From Heptranchias perlo (lineage: Eukaryota): a stretch of DNA of 64,000 bases. Position 1 is the first letter of the stretch. Each line of letters opens with the position of its first letter. The position numbers and the translations under genes are program-made. Where the stretch lies: contig NC_090335.1 of the NCBI RefSeq assembly GCF_035084215.1, positions 48,112,001 to 48,176,000 of the forward strand, written 5' to 3'. Under the pieces are notes generated by a model. It was not told where the DNA came from and ran no database searches. It worked only from the letters and a program-made list of their open reading frames with translations. Shown here in pieces: positions 23,789-36,700 of this stretch.

Positions 23789-24735
23789 TTGCACCATGCA
23801 ACCCCCATCTGGGTCTAGAGTGGCCGAACCAGCGATTCTTAAAGGGAGCTGCCGGCCCATGCTCGTCCCTGTACCTTTGCCTCCCCCTATTCCCGCCCCC
23901 CCCTTTATGTGTTGTCCCAGGACCAGAATCGGACGGAATTCGTCAGGCCCCGACTGATGAGCTATATCATGACCCCTGTTTGGTCGCTGCTTTCATTCAA
24001 ATGAGGCCTGACGAATTTGGCTCGGGCCTCAGGCTGGCATGGACCAGCACAAGGATTAATTACTCTGCTGACTTGCAGCCCGCTTTGGATGTAAGTCGAA
24101 TTTCTCCATCACAGTTACATTTTTGCAGATCCACACTTAAGGTGCAATTTTAACCCTGCCCGCCTGACAGAAACCAGGCGAGCGGGTAGTTAAAATCGCC
24201 TGTATGACTTACCCGTCGAGGTCCTGCTTTCTACCCGCAAATTCTGAGCAGGTGAGGGCGACACCAGGCAGGGTCGCCTTTAAATTTGCAGATCGGGATT
24301 CGGTGACCTCATCGGGACAGTTTGTCGCCCGCTTCAGCTGCTGCCCGCAGGACTGCCGCCCTGAGTTAAAATTGAGGCTTTAGTGCTTCTGCTCTTTACA
24401 CTTTTTAAAAATCACTTTCACTTCTAATTCAAATTGGAGAGGAAAAATTATACAGGGACTAAAAGCAGTTGCACCATGCAACCCCCATCTGGGTCTAGAG
24501 TGGCCGAACCAGTGATTCTTAAAGGGAGCTGCCGGCCCATGCTCGTCCCTGTGCCTTTGCCTCCCCCTATTCCCCCCCCCCCCCCCCGCCTTTATGTGGA
24601 CCAGGACCAGATTCGGACAGAATTCTTCAGGCCCTGACTGGTGATCTATATCATGACTCCTGTTTGGTCGCCGCTTCCATTCAAATGAGGCCTGACGAAT
24701 TTGGCTCGGGCCTCAGGCTGGTATGGACTGGCACA
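23789..24735 (+). repeat. Direct repeat of about 265 bp (23789-24051 and 24469-24735) within MITE-like GC-rich DNA
   Basis: The two copies align end to end with a small number of substitutions and indels. Confidence 0.9.
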
Positions 24736-26399
24736 CTTCCATTGAAGTTATGCTGGCAGAGCAGGAGCAGCACCAAGGAAATTCCGTGCCTAATATAGAG
24801 CTCATTGTGCATCGGACAGGGTGACAGAAAGTAACTCTTACATAGTGGATTGTGGATGACTTGAGATTTGCTTTTGGTGGGTGGTATTTGTATTTACTTA
24901 TAATGTTAAAGTTATCTGTTGGAGCTATGTTGATTTAAATGAGATTGGTTGCACTGCTGTAGTTTTGTGGGTTGGTCCATGATCACGGCACATGATGCAT
25001 GATGTATATGGTGGGTATTGTTGGTGTGCCGGCCAGTGTTGGCAGCAGACAGAGAGCAGATATTGGAGACTTTTTCGACCTTTCGGCATACTACATTTCT
25101 TCCTCCTGCACAAATGGGACCCTGAAGTTTCAGTAGAAAGGTGGAATGCACAATCTTTCACATTTTCCGTTTATGCGCAAAGACCCAGCTCTGTAAAGGT
25201 CACTTCCTTGAATCCAAAAGATCAGTGAACTTACAATAAAGGCAGACAAACAAAGTGTACTCTGTTCTGGGCATTCCCATATCATTTCTTAGTTCTCTGA
25301 CATGGGCAAACCCTAACTAAAGCATAATGGTATCATCTAGTGAGGTAGCATCAGGCTGAAAGAAGTTTGCTTTTCTGTACTCATACATAATTTTTATTAA
25401 GGGTAACCAGGATTTATAGGGGTAAATATAGGTGTGACAGCAGGCAATGTACCTCAGTATTGGCTTGGAAAATTCACACCATAGGTTTAGGGGTAGATTC
25501 CATGAATTAGTGCAGGAGCAGAGCTTTGTGTGACAGAAAATCACGTGGAGAGCACCAGGTTGGCATTCCTGACGTGCTGTGTTCACTTGAAGTTCTGCAC
25601 TTTAATATCTTACACTCTACTGTCAGATTATGTTGGCCTCAAATCATATGTAGATGGTATGCTGTAATTCTACTACCTTGTCTATCTGAGAGCAACCTTT
25701 TTAGCTTGTATGAAATTAATTAAATTCTGAATAATGTGGAAAGTGTTGAGTTTGTAGTTTTCTTTCACTAAATCTTTTATGTACTTTATGGCTTGTTTTC
25801 TTCACCGCCCATTTTGTGTTATTATTTCCTCACCTCTCTAGTTTTCTGGCCACATTCCATTCCCGATACTTCCATTTGGGATCAACCTGGTAACTCCAGC
25901 TTCAGCCACAGTTCGGATTAGAATTTCATTGTCTTGGAAATCAGAAGTTAATTGTGTTGGACATTGCAGACATAAACCTTTATCTCACCACTTCATTGGA
26001 TAGATGATTAGAATGACAATTGTTATGTCCTGTAACCTGTAAATATTTCTGCAGAATTTTCAAAGTTGTATCCATATTTTGTTACATTTGTAATTCCCAT
26101 TGGTGCTTCTGTAATAGGATTTTCCCATTTGCCACACTTAACTCTAAATAATTTTCCTTGTCACACAATCCGTGACCCCGTGCAATTCCCCAATTAAAAA
26201 TACTTTGTCTGAATCTGCAAGCAGGCTCAGGCCAGCAGCTGGTTGAGAGCAAACAATGCCTTTTTGAGGGAAACAGAGAAGATGGGGGGTAGGAGAGGAG
26301 GGAAACAGGTTTGAAGGTGAGGGAAGGTCTGGTCTCTCCCCACCTGGCTTCGGAAGGAAAATGGGAGTGATAGGGGCTGAAAAATACTGGTACAAATGG

Positions 26400-26800
26400 G
26401 ACCTATATACGCAGGTCAGTGGGCAAGTACAACTTGGCCGGGAAGGTCAGGATCCAGCATATCCACGTCCCAACATCATGGCGCTTTAAACTTTTATCAT
26501 GTGGCAGGCTTTCCCAGGGTGCAAGGGGCTATAGATCATACCCATGTAGCAACAAGGATTGCACCACAAAACCCCCTACATTTTTCAAATCACCAGGAAT
26601 TCCAGTCCCTCAATATATATGTGGTATGCGACCAGTATTGTAAGATCTTGCACATTAATGAAGGAAGCTGCCATGACACCTTTCTGCAGAGGAACTCCAG
26701 CATTCGTTCTCTGTTTCAGGGCCAAAGAGAAGGGTCTGGCCTAGTAACTAGGACTATCACTTGCTACCCTGGCTAATGACACCTGTCTGCTACTGCATCA
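26400..26800 (+). pseudogene. PIF/Harbinger DDE transposase remnant
   Basis: ORF 26396..26776: AGFPRVQGAIDHTHV...SLNIYVVCD...GSCHD. Confidence 0.85.
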
Positions 26801-27299
26801 TTTTTCCCTGCTGAAGGGTCTTCCAATGGACAAGCCAAAAGAGAAAAGGAAGTGAGCAGCAGGAGCTCAGCAGCCACTTGACCAGCAGTCACTTGACCAA
26901 CAGCAAAGGAAGAAAAAGAGGAGGCCCTGGGACATAGAGACAATCTCAACAACACCCGATGAACACTGCTTTCTCTAACCAATAAATAAAGAGGTGGCTT
27001 CATCTTATATCCCTTACACTACTGCCAATACCTTTGTCCTTAATGACAACCCATGACTTTGCCCTTTTCTCAACCACAATTTTCCAACCAATGTAGCTTA
27101 ATTTTTGCTGTCTTCAAGTACACTATAACATTGACTCAACCAAAGAACAGTCATAATTCTAAATACTGGACTTGATATCGCAAAGCATTTTTACTGCACA
27201 CATATATTTACAGTAAGTGTATCCTTTTTTCAACATGCATACTCCTGGTGCCTCTCTGTGCTGTTCTTAAACCTATCCTGGTGTTTCATCTAGGTGCTT

Positions 27300-28700
27300 C
27301 CCAAGGACCAGTGATACCAGAGATGCTTGGCTGCACTTTGTCAATGTGAACTTCTTGACAGCAAGGTGGTGCTCACCTCAGGGCTTCTGATTCCCGAAAG
27401 GACACTTCAGCATGCTGCATCCCCTCTGTAGGTTCATGGGCAGCATGGTCCTGCCTCCTGACACCTAAATGAGGAGGCATTTGAAGGCAGTTGACTGAGA
27501 AGTTGACAAAAACTGTTGTCAGGAGTGAGGACAGCATCATGACACATAATTTGTGCTGGATGCTGGATCTAGGGGCCCACAGGTAAGTCGAAGGGCAGAC
27601 CCAATGGTATTTAGATCTTGCAGAGATTACATCTTGTAGCTCTCACAAGCTGAATTCCATAATGCCATCCAAGGCCTGAAAGCCACATTGGGAGCATAAA
27701 CAAATCTGGGGACCTCTCTACCAGAGAAGATGGATGCAGATATTTCTGCTGCTGTCAGTCACTCCAGGTAGTGCTGTATCATGTCAAATCCTTCTCAGAT
27801 ATTGGGACAAGGGATGGCATGGACTCTACTGTGATCCTTGCAATCTGTCCCAGGTCCTTTGAGATGGTCCTCAGTGTTTCTAGGTCCAGCAGTCTTCTGT
27901 TTTATAGCAGAACCCCTGAGATCTGAGTCAACAATCTGTAGAGCCAGAGGATAACTTCTGCAGAGCCTCCATTCCCCATTTTCAGACTCCATTTTCACCT
28001 GTGACTTCTTCAACAACCTTGTGCTCCGAGACTCATCCAGTGATAAACCCTTATCAGAACTATTTAGATATCCAAGTGGATTTTTCTGGGCTAGTGAGTG
28101 AGAAAGAAAGAATGAAAAATGGTATGGATGGGAATTGGGTTGCTCAGGAATTTCCTCATCATCTTCTTTCAATTTCCTCATCACCATCCTCCTTCTCCTC
28201 AGCAGCATCTTGCTGTAGCTCATCTAAAGGGGCATAGAAATGGAAAGATTTTAGTCATGTAGACTGGTTACTGGATGTCTTATTAGCACAATTTGAAGGA
28301 GGCTGATCAGGTTGCTTACACGGGTGCTAGTGTCCACAAGCCACAATTATGGCAAGCTCTGATGATTCTGACAATCCTGCAGCTGCTATTGGGACTCTAA
28401 CTTGTCCTTCTCCAACAAATGTTGCTGTCTGTCTCCCCAGAATCTGCAAGGCTTCCTCCTCTTGTGGCGGCAATGGTCTAATATCTGGTAGTCCTCTGCC
28501 TATAGCTTGCAACTCTGTATTGTTGAGGGAGACATTCTCCTGTAATGAAGTGTAGAAGAGAATAGACTTGAGTTCAATATTGGCAGTAGGGCAGTGTCTC
28601 TTGTTCTGAAAACTCTACCCATCAGCTTCTGATGGACTGAGACCTGCACAGCATAAGTGATGGCATTTCAGGAGACATGCTCATACGTGTCATTTCTAGA
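27300..28700 (-). mobile_element. Probable decayed Harbinger second (Myb/SANT-type) gene region
   Basis: Convergent with the transposase remnant; fragment LPPQEEEALQILGRQ; highly degenerate. Confidence 0.4.
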
Positions 28701-29635
28701 GAGAAAGTCCATCTTTTTGTTGCAACTACTGCAGGGTGCTGATAAGGATGGATACGTAACATTAGAGCCTCATATCGCAGTGAGGTTCATTATCGAGGAT
28801 CTCACTTACAGTTTTCACAGAATAATGAACAGTTGTGTAGTTCAATGCCCAGTAAAAATCTCAGAATGCCATTCAATAAAAATGGAATTTGATGTTTTCA
28901 GTCACTGTAAATAAGTATCCTTGACATTATCTCCTACATGGCATAAATACCCCTATTGATAGAAAACAACAAATCCTCCAACTCACCTTGGACAACGCCA
29001 CAGGAGATCCACTAGAATAGAATTATAAATGGCTGAAATTGAATAAGAATCTGTAATTTTATGAAATGATTCAAAAATCATAAATCATGGGATCAAGAGT
29101 CAGAGAAGGCTGAAGCCATTTAATAAAGTCTTTAAAAGATATGAAGGGTTTTGATAGGGTGAAAAGGGAAAGACTATTTCCTCTACTGGGGGGTGGTGAG
29201 ATGAAGGGCCATCAATTTAACATTGTCACTGTGAGAGTCAAGAGGAAGGTTAGGAGAAATTTCTTTACACAGAAAGCTGTTGGAAAATAGACTGTTTTGC
29301 AACAAAGCATAGTTGAATCTTAGGTGTTTCATGTTTTAAAGGAAAAGTGGATAAATATTTGAAGCAGATGGAGATATAGAACTATAGGGATTAGTTCTGG
29401 ATTGCTGTAAACTTCTTTGGTTCTAAATGGTTAATGGATGTCAACTAACCCCCGAGATGAAATTACAATACACTATTACATTAAGTTTCTAAGTAGATTT
29501 TTCTCAATAAAGTGAAAGTAACGTGAACAAACAGATAAAGGCAGAGGAGAAATTACACTGAAGTATTCTGAAGAGGTTTAACAACAAAATGTGTAACACA
29601 GGATGAAACAGGATGGTTTGTTTTCGATCAGTAAC

Positions 29636-30322
29636 ACATAGAATCATAGAATCATAAAAAGCTATGGACAGAAGGAGGCCATTCGGCCCATTGTGTCCAT
29701 GCCGGCCGAAGAAGAGCTAGCTAGCTTAATTCCACTTTCCAGCACTTGGTCCGTAACCCTGTAGGGTACAACATTTCAAATGCTCATCCAAGTATCTTTT
29801 AAATGAGTTGAGGGTTTCTGTCTCTACCACTCAGTCAGTGAGTTCCAGACCCCCACCACCCACGAGATGAAAACATTTCTCCTCAGCTCTCTTCTAATCC
29901 TTCTACCAATTACTTTAAATCTATGTCCCCTGGTCACTGACCCCTCTGCTAAGGGAAATAGGTCCTCCCTATCCACTCTATCTAGTCCCATTATAATTTT
30001 ATATACCTCAATTGAATCTCCCCTCAGCCTCCTTTGTTCCACAGAAAACAACCCCAGCCTATCCAAACTTTTCTCATAGCTAAAATTCTCCAGCCCTGGC
30101 AACATCCTCGTAAATCTCCTCTGCACCCTCTCTAGTGTAATCACATCTTTCCTGTAATGTGGTGACCAGAACTGTACACAATACTCCAGCTGTGGCCTAA
30201 CCAATGTTTTATACAGTTCAAGCATAACCTCCCTGCTCTTATATTCTACACCTCGGCTCATAAAGGAAACTATCCCATATGCCTTTTTAACCACCTTATC
30301 TATCTGTCATGCTACCTTCAGG
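29636..30322 (-). mobile_element. CR1 LINE 3' fragment
   Basis: ORF 29824..30294; CATAGAAT tail repeats at 29636-29657. Confidence 0.9.
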
Positions 30323-30529
30323 CAGATCAGGTGATCTCAGAAACCAAATGAGTATTTTCTGGGTGTTATCTGAACTGAGCGAGTTCCATCAGCTGGAATT
30401 CCTGTGGTTTACAGATGTATTTATTTTTGAATTTTTAAGGAAAGTTGTTGATGTTAGGGTTTGCGATTGTACCACTCAATTTAACATCAAATGATACTCT
30501 ATTAACTGACTGAACTGAAATGATACAGG

Positions 30530-30586
30530 ATTTTATTGCAGTAACCCATTTTATTGCAGTAACCCATTTTATTAAAGTAACCCATT
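30530..30586 (+). repeat. 3 x 18-bp tandem repeat (ATTTTATTGCAGTAACCC) in the proximal promoter region of gene 2
   Basis: Two identical units and one variant unit, about 130 bp upstream of the ATG. Confidence 0.85.
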
Positions 30587-30718
30587 CGGTTCAACGAGCA
30601 GCCAGTGTGATGTAACGCACTGTGCGCTACAACCGCAATAATCTCCCAGCGATCTTAACTTTCTTTAGAATAGCCAACAGGTCTAACCAACTGGTAACAC
30701 AATGCTTTCTTCAGCAAT

Positions 30719-30767
30719 ATGGGTCCATTTAGAAACATTGTTCTCAAACTTTGGTTCCTTGTATTAG
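30719..30767 (+). CDS. Gene 2 leader exon (MGPFRNIVLKLWFLVL)
   Basis: ATG, hydrophobic stretch, donor G|gtaagc, then a 92-nt intron to the V exon. Confidence 0.82.
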
Positions 30768-33700
30768 GTAAGCGTTCTCTTTTACCCCAGTTAACATTTA
30801 TTCTAGTTGTACTCAGATCATTTGGATTTTATGTTCCTACTTGTAATTTTATGTCCCAGGGCCTGCTGTCGGTCTGAGAGTGATCCAGTCTCCTTCAGTT
30901 CTGTCCCTCCTGAGAGGACAGACAGCTCGGATCAACTGCACCCTGTTACCCGGAGAGGAGCGGGTGGATTCGGTGAGATATTACTGGTATAGAACAAGAG
31001 ACAATCCTGGCATCAGAGGCAACGAAACTAAGAATTTCCTCAATCAAAGCTCTCGCGTGTCTGTGTCTGAGGGTTCGCTTGTCATTCGGGAGGTGATTGT
31101 GAAAGATTCAGATACTTACCACTGCCTGGTTCTTAAAGAGACGCCTCGACCCGGGAGAACCTTGACAGGAGAAGAAACAGAACTGAACATCCAAGGTAAT
31201 TATGAAATAAAAACAGAAAATGTTGGAAACGCTCAATAGGTAAAGCAGCATCTGTGAAGCGAGAACCAGAGTTAACGTTTCAGGTCGATGACCATTCATC
31301 AGAACTGGAAGAATTTAGACATTTAAGTTTCTAAGGTCATGGACCTGAAACGTTAATCCGGTTTCTCTCTCCACAAATACTGCCTGACCCGCTGAGTGTT
31401 TCCAGCATTTCCTGTCTTTATTTCAGATTTCCAACATCCGCGGTATTTTGCTTTTGATCCATGGTAATTAGATTAACTAAAACTGAAATAATTCAATATA
31501 TGGGGCAAAGGAAACAGAAATAGCCGCACACACATCTAATCTGGGACTGACATGTTCTGTGCACTGGGAGCTAGGCTGAATACACCAGCGTTTAGCTTTA
31601 ATTCCACAATAACCATTCAACAGCAGGGACTTTCATATAGTTTTAAAACTTCGACGGAAGAAAAACAACCAAAAGACAAAACTGTAGAATGCTGACACCA
31701 ATATTAACGGCTGAATATTATTTATGTAAGAAGCGAATTACAAATAGCTAAACGGATTTTGTGAACTAAGTATTGTCAATTTATTTCAGTTTTCTTGACG
31801 ATATTGATCCAAAGAAAAATAAACGGAATTTGTGCCCGATAGAAACTTATTGTGAAGTCACGGGATATTATTCTGACCCGTTTTTCATTGTTACATGTGT
31901 GTTATATTTTATTATATGTATCTGGTGATTTGTATATTGAGACACAATCTAATCAAATTGATTCTGCAGTTTCCCATTTAATATCAAATATACACGTTTT
32001 ACATCTTTTACACAGTTGTTCTCTATATAATATTTGCTGTAACTCAGATTGTTATAATTTGAGTTATTTTAATGTGTTTTTTTAGCGGAACCTCAAGTCT
32101 ATCTCTCTGCGGATCCAGAGAATGAAGTTGCTGGGATTCAGACTCTGATTTGTGTGGCTGTGGGATTTTTTCCGAGAGATCTGAACATTTCTTGGATTGT
32201 AGAGGGAAATGTCTCCCATCAAACAGAACAGGGCTCCCCGACTGTAAACAGTGACGGCACCTACAACCTGAGCTCCCGGCTGTGGATTAGAGACACTCAC
32301 TGGGACCGGGGAACGGTCGTCACCTGTCAGGTACAACACGTTACAGTCCTCGGCTCAGTGAGGAAAAAGATCAGTCACAGCGGAGGTAAGTTGTTTACGA
32401 AGGGGATAAATCCCACAGTTCGCTACTCCCAGTTACTGTTAATATACGGAGGTTAAAATAGCAATTTTGTACAACCATATGTAAAACGCGACTCATTAAT
32501 CCGGATAGAATTACAAACAGTAACGCGGTATGAACACTGGAAACATACGGTCTCAATTTTATACATAGCAATGAACAAATTGCACTTCTAAATAAATTAA
32601 ATTGATACAATGGACCCGCGGTGTTTTATTGGTAAATATTACAAATATTGCTGGTATATTGAGAAGGTAGGGGGTCAATTGAAATGGGCAACAATAACCA
32701 ACTAGACTGAAACGCAAACAGCTGGAAATTCACAACAGCTGGGACCTGATGTAATATCTCAAATATTTCTCTTTACAGATGCTAACTGACCTGCTATGTA
32801 TTTCCAACATTTACGATCTTTTGTGCTTTATTTATGCCGACTAGATAGATTCGCTTTTAGTAACTGCGTTGTACAGCAGAGAGTAACTCAAAGAAATATA
32901 AAAATGGCATGCAAACACCAGCGAGTTTTAAACCGTTGTTCTAATACTGAGCTGTTTAAGAGCTGCAGTAATTTATAAACAGCCCACTGTGGAATCGCTC
33001 TTAACTCCTGAGTTCTAGTATGAAAAGGGGCTGACTCGATAAAATATGATAAATGACAAAAAAGCACAATCACTAAATATCATTTGTTTAACTGAAAAGT
33101 TCTGCATCACTGAATTAATTTAATTTATTCAAGCTTCATGAATCGACAGAGAAAAAGTTGCCGGAACCATAATGGACAACGTTTAAACAGTACAAAATAG
33201 GCAAATAAAACACCTTCATATTGGATATAAGGACATCCCGATCGTGGAGGTTATGCCTCAGAACCGCTGTACTGTGCTCACTCTGAGTTACCTTGATTTC
33301 TATATTTGAAAAGGAAGAACTTAGAAGGAAGGGGAGGAAAGGGACGTGAAATAAGGTTAGGTAAAAGCTAGCACGGACACATGAGCAATGGGCCGAATGG
33401 TCTCCTGTGCTGTAATTTCTATAGTTCCGATTAACAACCCTTTGCCATTTAATCAGTTTACAGAATTCTCAATTTCCGTAGCAGCTGTGAATAAACTGCA
33501 CACATTTTTGCAAATAAAGCGCCCAATATTACCAAACGAATACTGTGCATATCAATGCAGAAGTGGCATTATAACATTTACATGTCTTCCACCAAGTCTC
33601 CGCTTATTTATTCAGTTATGTACACAGGCAATCGCCCTGATTTCAGGTTAAGGGTGATATTGCACCCCTACATCTTTGGATGCAGAATGAACAGTCTTAC

Positions 33701-36700
33701 AGTCACTAACCCTGCCAACTCCATTGTTTAGTTAAATTACAAATCACGTCGATCTTTTAGATTCTGAAGGAGAATTTGTCCATTCAGTTCATTCCTTCAC
33801 ACCCCAGACCATTAAAAGGCACTGTATCCTGTTTCCATCCCTGCTCATTAAAGCCCAATTAATAATAATATGACTTTAATCCCCAATCTCGACGTTTTTT
33901 TGTACAATTATTTAGCGCGTGGTTGTAACCCACTTCTTTAAGGCAACATGTGCAAATGAAACAGCGAGAAGACAGATTTAAAACATACAAAGACACCGAT
34001 TAGCCGCCAGCAGCGGTGAGAGCTGCGTTTACACAGCCCGCTTCAAGCGCTTGAGATGGTGAAGGTTGTGAGATGGCGTGGGCCAATTGTATTTGTGCGT
34101 CTGCAGGAAACTTTGCATAATAATCTTGGACAGCAGTGAATTCATTACTGACTTGAGAAGTATTAGGGAATGGGAGCACAGGGGCTTGCCTTTGGCTGCC
34201 ACGGTTTGGTTGATGCATAGTGTTTTTTTGAGCGCGTATCAATGCAGAAGCGACATTATAACTCAGAAGACAACAGAATGCGCTAAAAACGTTGGGGGTA
34301 TGAGATTTCCTCTTGTAGGCTGCCTCCCATTGGTTTCTGTTTCCAAAACGTGCAGTACAAATACAGTCTTAACTTTAAAAAAATGTATTTTATGCTGCCA
34401 TTATGTGCTAATGGAAGCATAAAATATTGACCTGCCAGGCCGGAAAACTAACAAAAGCTGATCAACTGCTTCAGAAAAGCTCACACAGCCCCAGAAAAGC
34501 TGGTAGCTCAATAAGAACCTTCAATATAGGCCACCTCACACATGAAGTCAAGGAGCTAGACTGAGAGTGTAGTGGGATATGGGTTTGCCATAACAATCAG
34601 CAGGTATAGCCAACAAACAGCAACAGTAGTGATTTAGAAATTACTGAAGAAAGATGTGAATGTTGAAGGCATGAGATTTATTTTCTATGGGAGAACCACC
34701 CCCTTCAGAATAGTTTGACTTTTGATAACTGATTTTGTGTATGTATTGACATTTTGGAACTTACTGTAATTCTAAATCTTGGTGTGATTTTAAAAAAATC
34801 AAACAAAATGCATCACCCCATTTTATTTCCAAACTCAGGCAATTCCATGATGCAGTCACTTGTATTCTCAAATAAAGATATTTGGCGTTATCTCAAAAAG
34901 GCAGCTGCAACCACACTTTAAGAAAAGAAACCTTCAAATGAAACAACAGGCAGGCATGCCCCAAATGGTTCCTTTGAGGAAAATAAACGTTTTAAAAGCT
35001 GTATTTTAGCAGCTTATTTACTATATACAAACTTCTTTTGAAGTAATCACTAAATAAGCACACCTTTAAATGTGACTCTCAGAAACCATCAACTCATTTT
35101 CAATTGTCCACCTCAAGTTTGCACCCATGAAACAATGAGAGAAAGTAGCACCTGATTTATTCTAGTTCTGTCCCCCAACCAGTCAGGTCCTGACAGGCTC
35201 CAGTCCCACCATTCAAATGATCTGATTGATTTATACTGACAACCTACAATGCAGGTGAAAAAAAGTTGAAGTTTCTTGTGAAACACTGACAAACTGACAG
35301 GTTGGAATATTAACCGTCAGTTTGAAACACTGATGGTTGTCATGTATGCATTGATGCAAAACAAAAATTGTGTAAGCCAACTTTAGGAAGTAGTCTTGCT
35401 AAGATTACAGTTGGATATAGTCAAATCTATGGGGTGAGGGGATGGGAAGGAGAAAGCATGCATAAAGTACTTCTGCAATTGGCCAACATAATTTGAGCAG
35501 AGAGTTGAGGTTACGCTGCCCTCTTCAAACCTGTGCTACTGCTGTAGCAGAGAGTAGCGGGGGTGGGATGGGGGTGAGGGAGGTTCAGTAAGAAGGTGGC
35601 AGAGCATTGGTTTTGTGCACTCAAGCACACACAGATAATTTGCTTACTAATCTCTGACCATGGTAGATTTATTACCGATCATGAAGAGTTAGAGAATGGA
35701 AACACAACAGGCTGTCTTAGCATTTAACATTATTTTTGAATATCTATACAGATGTTTGGTACAAAGTGAAAATATCACAAGACCCATCTCTTAGGGTGCA
35801 GGTATACAGCTAATTTTGTAATGATGCAAAGTAGTTTTGGGTGTGCTTCAATTAAAAGTGGTAATATAACTCAGGAAGCTATGCAACACACTAAAGCAGT
35901 GAGGTTTGACATCGCTCCAGGCAGTGGTGACATCCCTCATGAATAATGGGGCTGCCATCATAGAGATCTAGGACTCCATGGAAGAATGGGCTTTCTTCTC
36001 CAACCAATAAAAAACTGCTACATTTAATTGCGGATTATTAGTAGAAATAGGATAATGCATGATTATGCAATATTACTATTTCTACAGATGGAAGTATTCT
36101 TGACATCTATTCCTCAATGGAGTTCCTGCTGGGTGAATCCTATTGGTATATTTCACAAGAACAAGCCAATTCAAAAACTCATAAATGACAGATATTAACT
36201 ATATTTCTGATTCAATATATGGTTTAAATAATATACATGATGTGAATTTAAAATTATTATATGTAACTTAATATACATTGGTCATGTTTGTAATAAGCAA
36301 CTAATGATTTTGATTCACATTTCAATCATAATTTTGAAGGTTTCCCCAAATACTACTATTACTTCAGCCTGCTGAGTCTCATCCTCGTTGCACCATTTTG
36401 TCTCTGGATTATTAAGAGTCAGTGCAATAAACTGAAGAATGGAAAAGGTAATCAGATACAATGTGCATTTTATTTTGGTACTGAACTAAACATATCAAAA
36501 ATGAAAAACATATTTAAATCCTAGAAGAAATAATTCCAATAAAAATACATTTTAAAAAATGAAAACCAATTACATTTTCCATCTAAAATACAGTATTTGG
36601 AATGAACATACTAACTGTATACTAACTGATAGAACATACTATCTGCAAAATTAATATAATTAAGCTAAGGGAACTGTACTAATATAGGTGTATATGGAAA

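Noticed and set aside
26396-26776. Domesticated HARBI1 gene
   Set aside because: Fragmentary, with deletions and frameshifts; a decayed transposon copy.
30860-32385. A rearranging Ig light-chain or TCR locus
   Set aside because: V and the J-like strand are in one exon with no RSS, and the gene continues into an uncharged TM and an ITIM-bearing tail.
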